The notes: generated by a model from the letters alone, not told the origin. A stretch of DNA of 64,000 bases from Chrysomallon squamiferum (GCA_012295275.1 CM022677.1:18352001-18416000); one strand, 5' to 3'; counted from the stretch's first letter, positions 16,283 through 31,385 are shown. Translations and numbers: made by a program.

Positions 16283-18240
16283 CATTATTATTATTATACT
16301 ATTTCTATTCTGAACCACATCATTATTGATATTAATATTAGTACACGTAAATAACCCTTTAAACGATATTCCTTAATTGAAACATGAACAGTTAATAAAT
16401 ATTGTGGAAAAACACAACAAACCTTTTTATTGTATGGCTGGCGGCTGGCTCACGGTTACGAACTGCGCGACAAAGCACGCGCAGCCGTGTTTTAACCGCC
16501 TCAGGCTTCTTATCTAACGAACAAATACGTTTCCTAACAACAGCATCACGCCTTCGCTTAGTAGCGCGCGCACCTTTGTTACGAACAAACGCGAGCTTTC
16601 ACGAGACCGGACGATGATTAACGATTAAGGACGCTAACTTAAAAACAAGCGTTTTTTTCACCGGGTAAATAAATAAAATGAATGAAGTCATGTGTGTTGA
16701 AATAGTTCGATTCAAAAGATGCGTTTTCTGTTTTTTGTTTTGGATAAGCTTGTGTTTGCTTGCTGTTGAATGTATTATGATATATATTTTTTTATTTTTT
16801 TTTTTTCTTCTAAAATCGGTTTTTAATATGTCTGTGTATTCGTTTGTTTATCGATATATATGAATATGCATGCATGTAACCATGCATGTAAGTATGTACG
16901 TATGTATGCGTGTTTGTATTTAGGTATATTTGTATGTATGTATGTATGGATGGATGGATGTATTTATGTATATCTGTGTATATGTGTATATATATATAAA
17001 ACACAAACACACACACACTAATGTACTTTTTATTGTACGTAAGTATGCTTGTATGTATGTCTGTGGTCTATATATATATATATATATATATAGATAAAAG
17101 AGAGCGTTTGTGTGTATATATATTATACATATCTATCTATCTATATGCCTATATATATATATATACATACAGACACACACTCTCTCTAATCGATATATAT
17201 AGAGACCACAGACATACATACAAGCATACTTACGTACAATAAAAAATACATAAGTGTGGGTGTGTGTATGTGTATGTATAATATGTTTATATGTATATAT
17301 ATGTGTGTTTATTGATATGTATGTCTGCATGTATGTGTGTCTGTACGTATATATGTCTCTATGCGTCCGTACTTACTATGTACGTACTTACGTGTCCACG
17401 TGTCTCATTCACTGTTTTAATCCCACTGTATTCCTTTTTTATATTTCACAATATTTTAATGTTTAATTTTAATTTTTTTTTTCCTTCGCGTCAAGAAATA
17501 ACTAAACGATTCTCCAACCCATATCAGAAATATTCCGGTGTTCGACAAGATGCCAGGTGTCACTGATCTTGAAGCATAAATTAAGTATTACATCCACCAG
17601 AATGTCAAACCTGAGTCCTAATTTAACATTCCGCTGTTGTTTTGTTTTAGAGCTCTCTAACGCGTAGGACAGTTAATTTTCTCAGAAATTAATACTTGCA
17701 AATATACTGTGACAGTTCAAGGGCTATGGCTACATTACGGGTCGATGAATGACAAAGTGATTGATATCTGTTTATAACAATGAATAACGTGGTTGGTTTT
17801 ACATGGCTAATGAACCCAAACGTTATATACTAAATGTTTACGACGGTGTCATTTTACGTGTCGTGTTTAAAAAAACGCTACTGCACCGACGCCCATCCCA
17901 CACACACACACACACACACACACACGAAGTCAACACCGACATACATAATAAACTCGCTGACCTTTATTTAAAAAAAACACAAAAAAAAACACACACACAC
18001 AAAACAAAACAAACAAGAAACATACACACCTAAAGAAAACAAAACAAAATATAAAATAACAAAAAAACACACGTACCTATCTGTTCTAACTACGTCTTGA
18101 AACACGTAGCAATGTTACAACCCATCAAAGCAAAAAGTGCACAGCTCAAAACGAGTTTCGCTTATTGAAGGCGCTTCCTCGATCGTCTGCGCTATCGTTA
18201 CATTGAACTTTGACACCCCGGAGACAGATTTAGACAGCTC

Positions 18241-18252
18241 GGTCACGTGACC
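18241..18252. promoter_or_regulatory. Palindromic E-box (GGTCACGTGACC, CLEAR/USF-type) in a GC-richer patch; candidate promoter of paralog A
   Basis: 12-bp perfect palindrome. A minus-strand donor-like ATAG|gtacgt near 18077 could end a non-coding first exon. Motif match only. Confidence 0.3.
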
Positions 18253-18514
18253 AGCCCGCCTGACTGACTGACTGCGGCCGGGAGAGAAGAATCTATCTGT
18301 TTCACGTTTGTTTTGACGCTGTCGGCTCTGATTGTGTGTGTGTTACTCAGTATGATATCACCGTAGTGTAAATGAATATACGAGGTTTGTGTGTCTGTCT
18401 GTCTTCTTTTCTCTCTAAGTATTTTTTTTTTTTTTTTGGCCTCTTATTGCGTCTCTCTGTCTCTCTGTCTCTCACTATTTATCTCTATATCGATCTTTTT
18501 CTTTCCGAGTGAGT

Positions 18515-18551
<37 letters not shown>

Positions 18552-18572
18552 TGTCTGTCTCTCTCTCCCTCT

Positions 18573-18611
<39 letters not shown>

Positions 18612-18775
18612 ATTTGTTTGTTTGTTATTTATTTTATTTATTCATTTTCATGGCATATTCTACTTATTATATCATATAACGAACAAGAAAATATGAATCA
18701 CAAATTCTTCTTCTTCTTCTTCTTTCTTCTTCTACTTCTTCTTTTCTTCTAAAATCTCCTTTATTATACAGAAAC

Positions 18776-18817
<42 letters not shown>

Positions 18818-19219
18818 CGGCCTGTCTACGTACGTGTATCATTATACATACATGTCTGTAAATTACGAAAACGCTAAACTAACAAGTATGGCTGACACAT
18901 GTCGCATTCGTTTCTGTGGTTTATTTACGAATTAATGGGATTTAAAAATGAGAGGCTGGTGGTGTTATATATGTCTATATAAATACACAGTTTTAATATC
19001 AACCGCTCTCTGTGTGTGCTATGGTTTTCTCACTGTATAGCGTCAAGCTATGGTGAATATTTAATGGCTCTATGGACGCTTGAATTAACTGATTTTTACA
19101 TCAGCTGCAGTTTGCCCATAAGAGCGGAACAAGGTGAAAAATAAAAATAAAATATAATAAATAAATAAATCTGTAAATAAATACATAAATAAATTGCGAT
19201 AATAAAATAAATAACTAAA

Positions 19220-19281
<62 letters not shown>

Positions 19282-19915
19282 ATAATAATAATAATAATAA
19301 TAACTAAATAAAAATAAATAAATGAACGGTCATTTTGTTAAAGGTATTACGGTAAAACATTGACACCGAATTAGGTCAAGGTTATTTCTCAGTTGTTTTT
19401 TTCTTTGCATTTGTCGGATTTCTTTGTACTTACATTACATCAAAGGTTTCCTTCAAGAAACTTGATTTTCTTGTTCTTTCGGTTTTTTTGTTTTTTGTTT
19501 TTTTAAAAAAAAACCTTTATTTTTTTTTAACCATGATATGTTAGCGTTTAATATCACGCGACATTTTAACGTGCTTAAAATACGTAAAACAGGGAAGTAG
19601 TAGTAACTTGACTAGTAGAGTGAACTAACGTTTTAAAGATTGACAACAACAACAACGTCAACAGCAATACTATTTATAATATTAGCGACAACAACAACGA
19701 CAACAGTATCATCAACAGCGGCAGCAACAGCAACAATAACAGTAATAATGATAATAATAATAAGTATTAGCAATACTACTACTACTACTACTACTACAAC
19801 TACTACTACTACTACTACTACTAATAATAATAATCATATATAAATGTATATTTCTTCTGCTATTTATTAAATTTCTTTGCCTGTTTAAGTTCTTGGATGT
19901 AGTAATTGTTGTTGC

Positions 19916-19988
<73 letters not shown>

Positions 19989-20243
19989 ATCACCGCAGTG
20001 ACTACTACACGAACAACAGCAACTGCGCCAAAAGAGGAACAGTAACCGAAGAACAGTTTTAACTGCCTCACGTCGGAAATAAACGAAATATTCCGAATAG
20101 TTAATTACGTAATAGTACAATAATGAAATGACGTCACGTCCTTCCTCTGTATACAATCAACAAGGAGGAAGCGCTGTGTTCGTAGTTGCAGTATCTTTGT
20201 TAATTTTAAGGTAGGAAAGCTCTTATTTATTTATTTATATTTA

Positions 20244-20297
<54 letters not shown>

Positions 20298-20493
20298 TTA
20301 CGAACCAGTTACCAACCAGTGCGAAGGGACATTAACCTTAATTTTGTTTTCTTTCTTTTTTTTGAGGTTTGTCACCTAGGCAGCTGTTTTATATTTACAT
20401 TAAAAATATACGTCAGAATGAAGGACATATTAATTGAACATCAATATTCGCTGTCATTCAGAAGTATTTGAAAACAGTTCCCTTGGTAATACC

Positions 20494-20536
<43 letters not shown>

Positions 20537-20640
20537 CGTATATATGTGTCAGTGCGCATGCGTATTTATGTGTATGCATGTTGGCCTATATATTACGCGT
20601 ATGCATGTAAGTGTGTGTATGTGTTTGTGTATGTATATTG

Positions 20641-20672
<32 letters not shown>

Positions 20673-20675
20673 CGT

Positions 20676-21656
20676 TGTTTTATGATCAGGTATATATATA
20701 ATCATTGTGCGTGCGTGTGTCTGTATATATGCATGTTAAGTACACATAAACATATATATATATATATATCTATATCTATATATATATATGTATTATTTAT
20801 ATTTATTAATTGTATATCTACAGATAGATAGATAGATAGATAGATAGGCAGACAGACAGACAGACAGATAGCTAGATATAATTAATAAATATAAATAAAT
20901 AAATAAACAAGAGCTTTCCTACCTTAAAATAAACAAAGATACTGCAGTTTCGTACACAGCTCTTCCTCCTTGTTGATTATCTGTAGAGTGAACGACGTGA
21001 CGTCATTTCATTATTTACTATTACGTCATTTACTATCCGAAATATTTCGTTTATCAGACAATTAAAAATGTTCATCGGCATCTGACGGGTTTGTGAGGTC
21101 GTGACTGGACCTTGTCCTCCTGCGCCAGTGCGTTCCCGAATATTGTCTAAGTGCAGAGTCTAATCAGACGTACATAAGTCAGAGAATATTCAAAATCATA
21201 AACGGTATGTATACATACATACCTAGAAATAACCACAGCCCTTACAAAAAAAAAAAAAAAAAAAAAAAAAAACACTCGCAAAACATACACACACAGACAC
21301 ACACACACACATGCACAAACACTCAAAATTGTACACCTACACACACACACACACGCACACAGATATATATATACCTGAGCATAAAAGAGCCCAAAGAAAG
21401 GAAATTAAACTTACCATGAATCTCAGCCATTGATCAGACACGTTTATCCACATTTCATTCTTTTACTTAGTAATGTAAACCACTTGATTACGTCTCTGTC
21501 CTATCCCAGTTTTTTACAAATCTGTTGTAAAAATATCCGAACATTATCCTAAGATTGATTTGTGCAGGGGACTGTACGTATTGTTCAAATAGATGCTGGA
21601 ATTGTCGCTGAATGTCTATGTGTACATGTTTAATTGTGTGTTTGTTTGTCTGTCTC

Positions 21657-21696
<40 letters not shown>

Positions 21697-22039
21697 GCTG
21701 TAAAAAGCTGTATGTACGTATGCAGTTTAGGATTTTGAATATTCTCTGTCTTATCTACGTCTGAATAGACTCTGCACTTAGACAATATTCGGGAACGCAC
21801 TGGCGCAGGAGGACAAAGTCCAATCACGACCTCACAAACCCGTCAGATGCCGCTGACGAGACTCGAACGTATGACACTCCGAAGGCGGACGATGTTACCG
21901 TTCAGCCATCGAGACAACATTAAAAAACGTTGCTCAATAATCGAGGGTAATCGTCGTTTCCTACGAAGCACGCCGTTCTTTGTCTTTCGTCATTTTTGCT
22001 TGCATCTACTTTTTTTTGTGTGTGTGACAAAACTGCCAC

Positions 22040-22108
<69 letters not shown>

Positions 22109-22189
22109 GTAACAGATCAACACGTTATTTCATTTGCTATGAATTAAATATCATTTTCTGTTTTATCATCTTCCACGTGGATGTAGTAA

Positions 22190-22221
<32 letters not shown>

Positions 22222-22588
22222 GTTATTATTGTTGTTGTTGTTGTTGTTATTACTACTATGCCAAGACCAGGAACCGAAGATAATTTATAATTGCCTGACG
22301 TCAGAAATAAACGAAACATTTCCAAATAGTTAATGACGTAATAGTAAATAATGAAATGACGTCACGTCGTTCACTCTACAGATAATCAACAAGGACGGAG
22401 CGCTGTGTACGAAACTGCAGTATCTTTGTTTATTTTAAGGTAGGAAAGCTCTTATTTATTTGTTTATATTTATATTTATTACATATGTATATATGGTTCA
22501 TATCTGTGTATGTGTATCTATATGTTAACATACATATATACAGACACGCGCACGCACAGTGATTATAGATATACCTGATCATAAAACA
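20676..22588. repeat. Large imperfect inverted duplication (arms about 20676-21200 and 21730-22588), with additional direct copies of its modules
   Basis: 21077-21200 is the reverse complement of 21730-21852; 20885-21078 of 22272-22478 and of 20044-20240; 20676-20750 of 22520-22588. Confidence 0.85.
21730..21915 (-). mobile_element. tRNA-derived SINE-like element, with a 5'-truncated inverted copy at 21077-21200
   Basis: The minus strand reads GTCTCGA-TGGCTGAACGG (A box, 21898-21908)...CGTTCGAGTCT (B box, 21859-21869), followed by a non-tRNA body. No convincing cloverleaf. Confidence 0.55.
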
Positions 22589-22889
22589 GCCCAAAGAAAG
22601 GAAAATAAACTTGCCATGTGTCTCAGCGATTGATCAGACACGTTATCCGCATTTCATTCTTTTATTCAGTAATATATACCACATCATTACGTCTTTGTCC
22701 TATTCCAGTTTTTACAAATCTGTTGTAAGTATAGCCGAACATTATACGAACATTATCCTAATATTGATTTGTGCAGGGGATTGTACCTATTGTTCAAATA
22801 GATGCTTGAATTGTCGCTGGGTGTATTTGTGTACATATTTAAGTGTGCGTTTGTTTGTCTATCTGTCTGTTTGTGTGTATATATATGCA

Positions 22890-22931
<42 letters not shown>

Positions 22932-23791
22932 TTGTGTCTGTGTGTATGTTTTTGCGGTTTGTTTGGTATTAAGGTCTGCTGTTGATGCTGCTGCTGTTGT
23001 TGTTATTGTTGTTGTTGTTATTATTATTATTATTATTTATTTTTGTTGTTGTTATTGTTATAATTATTGTCGTCGTCGTTATCCTTGTTGCTATTATCAT
23101 TCAAGTTCTTGTAGTACATGATCTCAACTGTGTTCTTTCTTCTTCTTCTTCTTTTTTTCTTTTTTTTTTTTGTGATTATATTTTTATATCACAGTCTATT
23201 TATTATACCCAGTACGTCTTTCGTAAAACGACTTCTAAGCCAATATTAGTTTTCTCTGAATAACGTGGCAGAAACAGATGTTTTGGATTGGTTTACACCG
23301 AGGTGTGTTCTTTGTTTGAATCATTTGTACGTGTAAACAAGACAGTGAGTAAACAGACGAGGTAAACACACATTGTTTACTGCCGTTCGATTCGCCGTAA
23401 TTACTGTGTTGTTTCGAAATCTACGCTTTGTTCTTCGAGCACTTTCAGAACGGGAATTAATGGAAAAGGCACAGTGACTGCTCTTTGATTTTTTTTTTTT
23501 TTTTTCATCGAATGAATAAAGAGTAGCTTTTGAAGGTGGTTGAACATGCCTTAAAATTAGGTTTAGATTAATTGTTTGTTTGCTTTTGTGTATGTATGTA
23601 ATTATATATATATATATATATATATTTGTTTGTGTATTTATGTTATTATTTGGTTGTTTGTCTATTTATTTATTTATTTGTTTGTTTGTTTGTTTTTTAT
23701 TTTATTTATTCACGATTTGTACTTATTATATCACATGTCGAAGAAGAAAGTATGAATCACAATTTCTTCTTTTCTCTTCTTCTTTATTTTA

Positions 23792-23827
<36 letters not shown>

Positions 23828-24352
23828 CGCACACACACACATGTCGGTCTATCTTTACACATAAATTACGAAAACATAAAACTTCTTACGGACACACGCA
23901 CGCACGCACAAGGCTCAAGAACGTTCATATCTACCTCTTCATAAAACAACAACAACAACAGCAACAAAGGCAAACAACGAAAGAACAACAAACAGAAATG
24001 AACCATGAATCTGAGCCGTTGATCAGACACGTTATCCACATTTCATTCTTTTATTTAGTAATATAAACCACTTCATTACGTCTCTGTCCTATCCCAGTTT
24101 TTACAAATCTGTTGTAAGTATAGCCGAGCAGAAGGTTGATTTGTGCGTATTGTGTACTTATTTGGTTGTTTGCATATTTATTGATTTATTGATTTATTTG
24201 TTTGTTTGTTTGTTTGTTTGTTTGATGGTTTGTTGTTTATTCATTCGTTTCTTAATTTGTTCGTTTGTTATTTTTTTCTATTTATTCAGTTTAATCATCG
24301 TTTGTACTTATTATATCATATAACTTCTTCTTCTTATTATTTAGTACACAGA

Positions 24353-24405
<53 letters not shown>

Positions 24406-24541
24406 CTAGATAAAGAGATAGATAGATAGACAAACAGATAGAAAAAATTATATATATTCGATCCTTGTTCTTTTTGTTTTTCTGTTGCATCTACTTGTAT
24501 AATAATAATATTACTACTACTACTACTAATAATAATAGTAA

Positions 24542-24644
<103 letters not shown>

Positions 24645-24873
24645 TAACAGAAACAATAAGACAAAAAAAAAAAAAAAGAGAAGAACTTAGGAGTAGTCGT
24701 AATAGTAGTAGTAGAAGTAGCAGTAGATGTTATTGTTGCTGTAGTTGTAGTTCTAGTAGTCTCTATCTTCGTCGTAGCAGTAGCTGCAGCAGAAGGCACG
24801 TCAACAGAAATTGTAATATTGTTTCTAGTATTTATTTTAAATCCAGTGACATTATTTTTATTTTCTTCAGTAG

Positions 24874-24910
<37 letters not shown>

Positions 24911-25087
24911 ATAATAATAATAATTTCACAACAAATTGAATATTTCAAATCCAGAACTTTTATTCATTTTCACAGATGACAGTTCCCAGGTTCGAATCTG
25001 TATATTTGATTATTCCAACAGATACAAAAATCTATACCTTTTGGATTTCAGTAAGAAAGGCTTTTGATCGTAAGTTAATATTTCCAT

Positions 25088-25139
<52 letters not shown>

Positions 25140-25596
25140 TTAGTTACTCATTTATTTAGCATTTATTTATTTAGTTAGTTTTTTATTTTTTTATTTTATT
25201 TATTCATTTATGCATTCATCTTTTCATCTATTTATTTATTTATTATTTTATTTATTCATTCATGCATTCATCTGTTCATTTATTTGTTTGTTTGTTTGTT
25301 TGTTTATTTATTTATTTATTTATACTTTTTTATTTATACTTTTTTATTTATTATTTTTCTTAATCAACACGTTTATTTTGATTAGAAATCAATCGGATCG
25401 ATAATCGATTGGTATTGATCTCACCGGTTTAAAAATAAGATTATACATATTAGAATGAAAGCAAAAGATAGAATCAATCAGTCATTCGATCGATAATCAA
25501 TCAATAAATCAACAGATCGATATATACATATATATACATATATATATATATCCATAATCTGAATATAATTAGGTCACTTGACGAGTCAATGTCTGT

Positions 25597-25728
25597 TTAG
25601 TTTAATTCTTGTGAGTGCGAAATTATTCCGTAGGGGCGAAGATGGTAAATGTAGTATTCTAAAATGTACATATTCATTGGAGAAACCTGATGAAACGAAA
25701 CAGAATAGTCACTGAGGCCTTCAATACC
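25597..25728 (-). CDS. C1GALT1: C1GALT1-like paralog B, last coding exon (protein 365 aa in total)
   Basis: ttttattttcag acceptor, phase 0. Reads GIEGLSDYSVSFHQVSPMNMYILEYYIYHLRPYGIISHSQELN*. Confidence 0.92.
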   Translation of the reverse strand, partial: GIEGLSDYSVSFHQVSPMNMYILEYYIYHLRPYGIISHSQELN

Positions 25729-25754
25729 CTGAAAATAAAAAAAAAGAAGGGCAG

Positions 25755-25821
<67 letters not shown>

Positions 25822-26090
25822 TATAAGAAGAAGAAGAAGAAGAACAACAACAACAAAAAAAAGAAGAACAAAAGGAAGATTACATACAAAAATATATACG
25901 TTGATACATACATACAGACAGATATAAAGAAAATCAGATCGAGATATGCACAGACACAGACAGACAGACAGACAGACAGACACATAGACAGAAAGAGAGA
26001 CAGATATATAGATACACAGAAATATAGTTCCATAGACATATTCGTAGAAAGATTGGAAAATTATATTATTACATCGACAGGAATATAGAT

Positions 26091-26183
<93 letters not shown>

Positions 26184-26800
26184 AACAGAGAATAACAGAA
26201 AGTCAGAAAAACATCATAGATTAGGTGAGAAACAATAATAAATACTATTGTCCTCACACCAAGATGTATGTAATCCAACACCGCAGACAAAGACGTACAT
26301 TATATAAACCTGATCAACAGCTGTACAGACAAACACCCAATCAATATAACAAAATAAAGAACCCGTTAACCGTGTATAACGGAGAAAATAACAGCCGCCA
26401 TAGATAGATCGTAAAATAGAATATAATGAAATAAATCGTAAAATAAAATATAATGAAATAAATCGTAAAATAAAATATAATGAAATAAATGAAAATAAAG
26501 AAATAAATAAAGAAATAAAGAAACAAATAAACATACAAATAAACAAATAAATAAACAAACAAATAAATAAAGAAATAACGCAAATAAAATAATATAAAAT
26601 AAATAAAAATAAACAAAAGCAAAAAAAAAAAAAAAATCATAAAAAAGAATTAAATAAAATTAATAAAACAAAATAAATAAATAAAACAAACAAACAAATA
26701 AACAAAATAAAATAAATTAAAATGAAAAAAAAAAAAAAAAAAAAAAAAAAAAACAAAAAAAACCCCACAAATACATGATGAACAAACAAACGTCACTGAC

Positions 26801-27459
26801 TTTCACGACGTTGTACTCTCTGTAACGACGATACCAACTCGGCAATTTATCTGCTATGTATTCAGTGGGAAGAAAACAGTTAAAACGAGTCCGTCCTAAA
26901 GAATCGCTACTTTTCGCCGCCGTTACGCCAAGTTTGGCCAAACACTGGCCAAACCTGTAGTCTTCGATATTCCCGTCTTGGCTGCAAATGCTAGAGTTAC
27001 TGCCGTGGCGACCGAATCGAACGAGAGCTTCTTTACTGAGAACGTATCCAGCTCCCCCACTGTGGTACGTTCCGAACGGAGCCGGTTTGAAATGGAGGCC
27101 GTAATAGACCGGATCTGACGTGTTTTTCGTCGACAGGAAGTAGCGCAAGTTCTCTACGATGACGTAAGTATCGTCGTCTGCTTTCATGAACCAGTCGGCG
27201 TCGTTGAGGTGGTGTTCGTAGATGTACTGAAAAGCCTTCATCGTCTTCGCCGTCAGGTGTTGTCTGCCTTCGGAGACGTTGAGCCCTACAGCCGGAAATG
27301 ACGTGTTTGCGACGGAGCTGAAGAAGAGAAGTTTGTTGCATCGCTTCCCCCACGTTTCCTTGACAATCGATGCCTTGACGTTCAGGTTTTTCGGTGACGT
27401 CATCACCCAACACAACACTCGCACCCGCTTTTCCAGTTTCTTAGCAACGGAATCGTCGT
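26801..27459 (-). CDS. C1GALT1: C1GALT1-like paralog B, coding exon 2 (GT31 catalytic domain)
   Basis: gttttttcag acceptor and AAA|gtcagt donor; 659 nt, the same length and phases as paralog A. Motifs RVLCWVMT, WGKRCNK, KADDDTY, SGGAGY and IED. Confidence 0.95.
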
Positions 27460-27979
27460 CTGAAAAAACAACGTCAGCATAAGCAAAACGCAATGATGAC
27501 AGCAGCTGCAACTATCATTGCTACTACTCCTGCGACTACTGCTTTTACTGCTACGTGGACAAGTGTTACTATTACGACACTTTTACAGCAACAACTACTA
27601 CTTTAACTAGAAGTAAAAGTACAATTACAGTTACTTCTAAACGTAGAACAATAACTATTACTACAAATGCAACTACTACTACTACTACTACTACTATTAT
27701 TACTACAGTTATTATTATCATCATCGTCATCTTCATCATCATTACTAATGATCATCGTTAATCATTATTTATTTATTTATTTATTTATTATTATTATTAT
27801 TATTGTTATTATTATTGAACTTGACGCCTTCGATGTACAAATTAAGTAATAATGAAAAGTTAACAACAAACAACAACAACAACACAAATTAATAAAAAAT
27901 ATAAAATATAATAATAATAATGATAATAATAAATAAATAAAAATTAAAATTAAAAACTACAACAATTATTTTTTAAATA

Positions 27980-28011
<32 letters not shown>

Positions 28012-28027
28012 ATAATAATAATAATAA

Positions 28028-28058
<31 letters not shown>

Positions 28059-28523
28059 CAAGCAAATAATAGGAGACATGAAACTATGCAGACGATGTTG
28101 TTTAAACTGTTTCATGTTTTTTTTACCAGCTTAAAAACTTTGTTGCTTTTCCTGAGCACTGCAACAGAAAGTTGACAAATGACATCAGATGACAGCCAAT
28201 AAATAAAACACTTGCAGACACGAAATTGTTGTTCCTTGACCTCATATAATAGATTGGATGGGATAAATAAAAGTATATAAGAAAAAAAGAGAAAAAAAAC
28301 AACAAAAAAGCCAGTATACATAATGAAAAAGAAGAAAGAAAGAACGAAAGAAAGAAATCCCTGAGAAATAAAGATTAACAAAATGTAATCTATGTGTAAG
28401 TATATACAGATTTGTTATTGTTGTTGTTGTTATTATTATTATTAGTTTGTATTGTTATTATCATTGTTATCATTATCATTTATTAGTTATTATTATTATT
28501 ATTATTGTTACTATTACTATTAC

Positions 28524-28560
<37 letters not shown>

Positions 28561-28577
28561 GTTACTATTACTATTAC

Positions 28578-28614
<37 letters not shown>

Positions 28615-28868
28615 GCTATGGTTATTATTATTATAATTTAATTATTATTAATATTATTATAATTAGTTTTGTAACTATCATCATCATAATCATCATCATC
28701 ACAGTCATCATCTGCATCATATATATTGTTGTTCTAGTGGGTATTATTACAAGCAGTAGTTTTAGTGGTTCTTCTAGCAGCAGAACAACTATTAGTAGTA
28801 GTAAGTAGAAATAGCGTTAGAGTTAATAGCAGTAGAATTAGTAGATTAGAAGTAATGTATATATAAAG

Positions 28869-28944
<76 letters not shown>

Positions 28945-29201
28945 TCGATCATAAAATTAAGTATTACGCGTATAAACAGAAAACAACATCTGTTGCGGAT
29001 TTGAAAAACCAAAATTCAGTCAGCAAATATTTGAGTTCAGTGACACGTTTGCACATTTGCTGTTCCGACGACACATTACTTTTATAAACGTGATTTATGT
29101 GACCTGGGCAAATTTCACAGACAAAAAGTAAGAAAGGAACAAAAGAGATTAGGCGTGGTATGCTAAAGTCACCTTGATCAAATAATGATGTGCATTCTTA
29201 T

Positions 29202-29305
<104 letters not shown>

Positions 29306-29841
29306 CCTCCCCCCTCTATCTTATTATGTATTTGTTTCTCTTTCAGCTAATTCTACTGCTTCTACTACTACTACTATTACTATTACTAATACAGCTATTA
29401 CTTCTACTAATACTACTACTGTTACTACTATTACTACTCCTACTGCTACTACTACTATTACCATTAGTACTACTACCGCTACTACTATTACTACTACTAC
29501 TACTACTATTACTACTACTAATACTACTACTATTTCATCTACTGTTATAACTACTACTGTTAATTCTACCACTACTGTTATTATTACTATTACTACTATT
29601 ACAACTACTATGACTTCTATTTTCAGTTCTACTACTACTACTACTGCCACCACCATCACCACGACTACTACTACTAGTACTACTATTACTACCACTATTA
29701 CAACCATTATCATTATTAGCACAAAAAATGCCACTATCAAAATTACTATAACAATCAATATTAATTTATATAAAAAAACGTTAAAAAAAAAGAAAAAAAA
29801 AAAAAAAAAACAAGAAACAAACAAACAGTCAAGTCTTTTAC

Positions 29842-30148
29842 CATGATGAACGCTGTCATCGTCAAAGTCTCTTCTTTTCAGAATCCCATTGTTCCATTTA
29901 TTGTCTCCGCGAATTCGATCGTTTCTTTCCGTATTATAGTCGTCAGTCATCGGAGAAGCTTCGTGTATTTTCGTCAACTCTCGGATTTTCGCTGAAGCGT
30001 TTAGCACGTCATTTGCGAGGTAGTTCTTAGAGTAGTTCAAGCGTACGTAATGACGATATCTTAGGAATAAAAGTGACGTCATAAGTCCTGTGAAAATGCC
30101 CACGTAAAACTGGAAACAGTTTGCCCTGAGGTAATGTTTCAACCACAT
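29842..30148 (-). CDS. C1GALT1: C1GALT1-like paralog B, coding exon 1 (TM and stem)
   Basis: ATG at 30148 (MWLKHYLR), TM FQFYVGIFTGLMTSLLFL. Ends CAT G|gtaaaa (phase 1, 307 nt), the same HH-D junction as paralog A. Acceptor ctattttag near 30169. Confidence 0.82.
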
Positions 30149-30235
30149 CTTCGGAATTTTTTTTTTTTCTAAAATAGAGATGCATATCGAGAAATCAGGT
30201 GAGGGATATTTCTGTACGTCTCTCTCTCTCTCTCT

Positions 30236-30305
<70 letters not shown>

Positions 30306-31299
30306 CACTGTACAAACCGCTGATGGTCAATGTGAGAAATGACAAAACACACGTGTTTGACAATACAAATGAACGAGTTTGGTTAGTCAATAGTAAACGA
30401 GGCAACATAAATTGATTGATATTGAATGTAATGCAATACGAAAACACGGTACGTATCTGCAATGCATTAATACAATATAGAGAATGCTTATAGTCAACAA
30501 TTACACAGAAAGATAGAGAGACAGAGAAGCAGGCGAACAGACAGAAAAAAGACATAAACACACACACACGCACACACAGAAACAGACTTAAGAGCGATAA
30601 CAAATGTGTGAGTGAATTGTGTGTGTGTGTGCGTGTGTGTGTGTGTGTGTCTGTCTGTAACATGGTGAAAATGATCGAAACTCAGGTTTTGATGCACTGA
30701 GACAAGCCACTTTCTGGAGATCAAAATAGTTACTGAATTAAACGAAATCAGACTAAAAACTTTCAGGATAATTACAGACTTCGTATCGAAGAATTAGGTC
30801 TTTTCACAGAACATTTCCCTACATTAATAGACTGTAATTCAAAATTACAATGCACGACATCTGATTGAGTATCCTCCATATATATATATCCGCCATATAT
30901 ATGTATGTATGTATGTATATAGATTCTGATCTCCTAAACATGTAGACCGAAACACTAAAGGGCATCCTTAACTAGTATCAATCACATCCCTGCTTGGTTA
31001 TGACACAGTTACCCAGATGTGTATATTGAAAATGAATAGTTCATGGCAGTAAATATAAAGAAATATTAATGAAATATAACGGTCTTATTATTGGAAGTAG
31101 CCTATATCTATCTGTATTCACATTATTTTATATTGTACGTGGAAAAGGAAGCGTGCTAAGTATATGATTGAAATGTGTATAGTACGGAATCATTTTATTT
31201 AATGATTTAATTGTATTGTCAAAGTCAGGAGACCTTTTGCCTTCAAAGAAACATTAAATAATAAGCGACGGAAATTAAAAGCTTTGGTTTTTTCAATTA

Positions 31300-31385
<86 letters not shown>

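Noticed and set aside
29324-30352. 342-aa ORF, or a Thr-rich mucin-like ORF on the opposite strand (29190-29846)
   Set aside because: Only 29842-30148 is exon. The rest is intronic (ACT)n-type repeat with no signal peptide or splice support.
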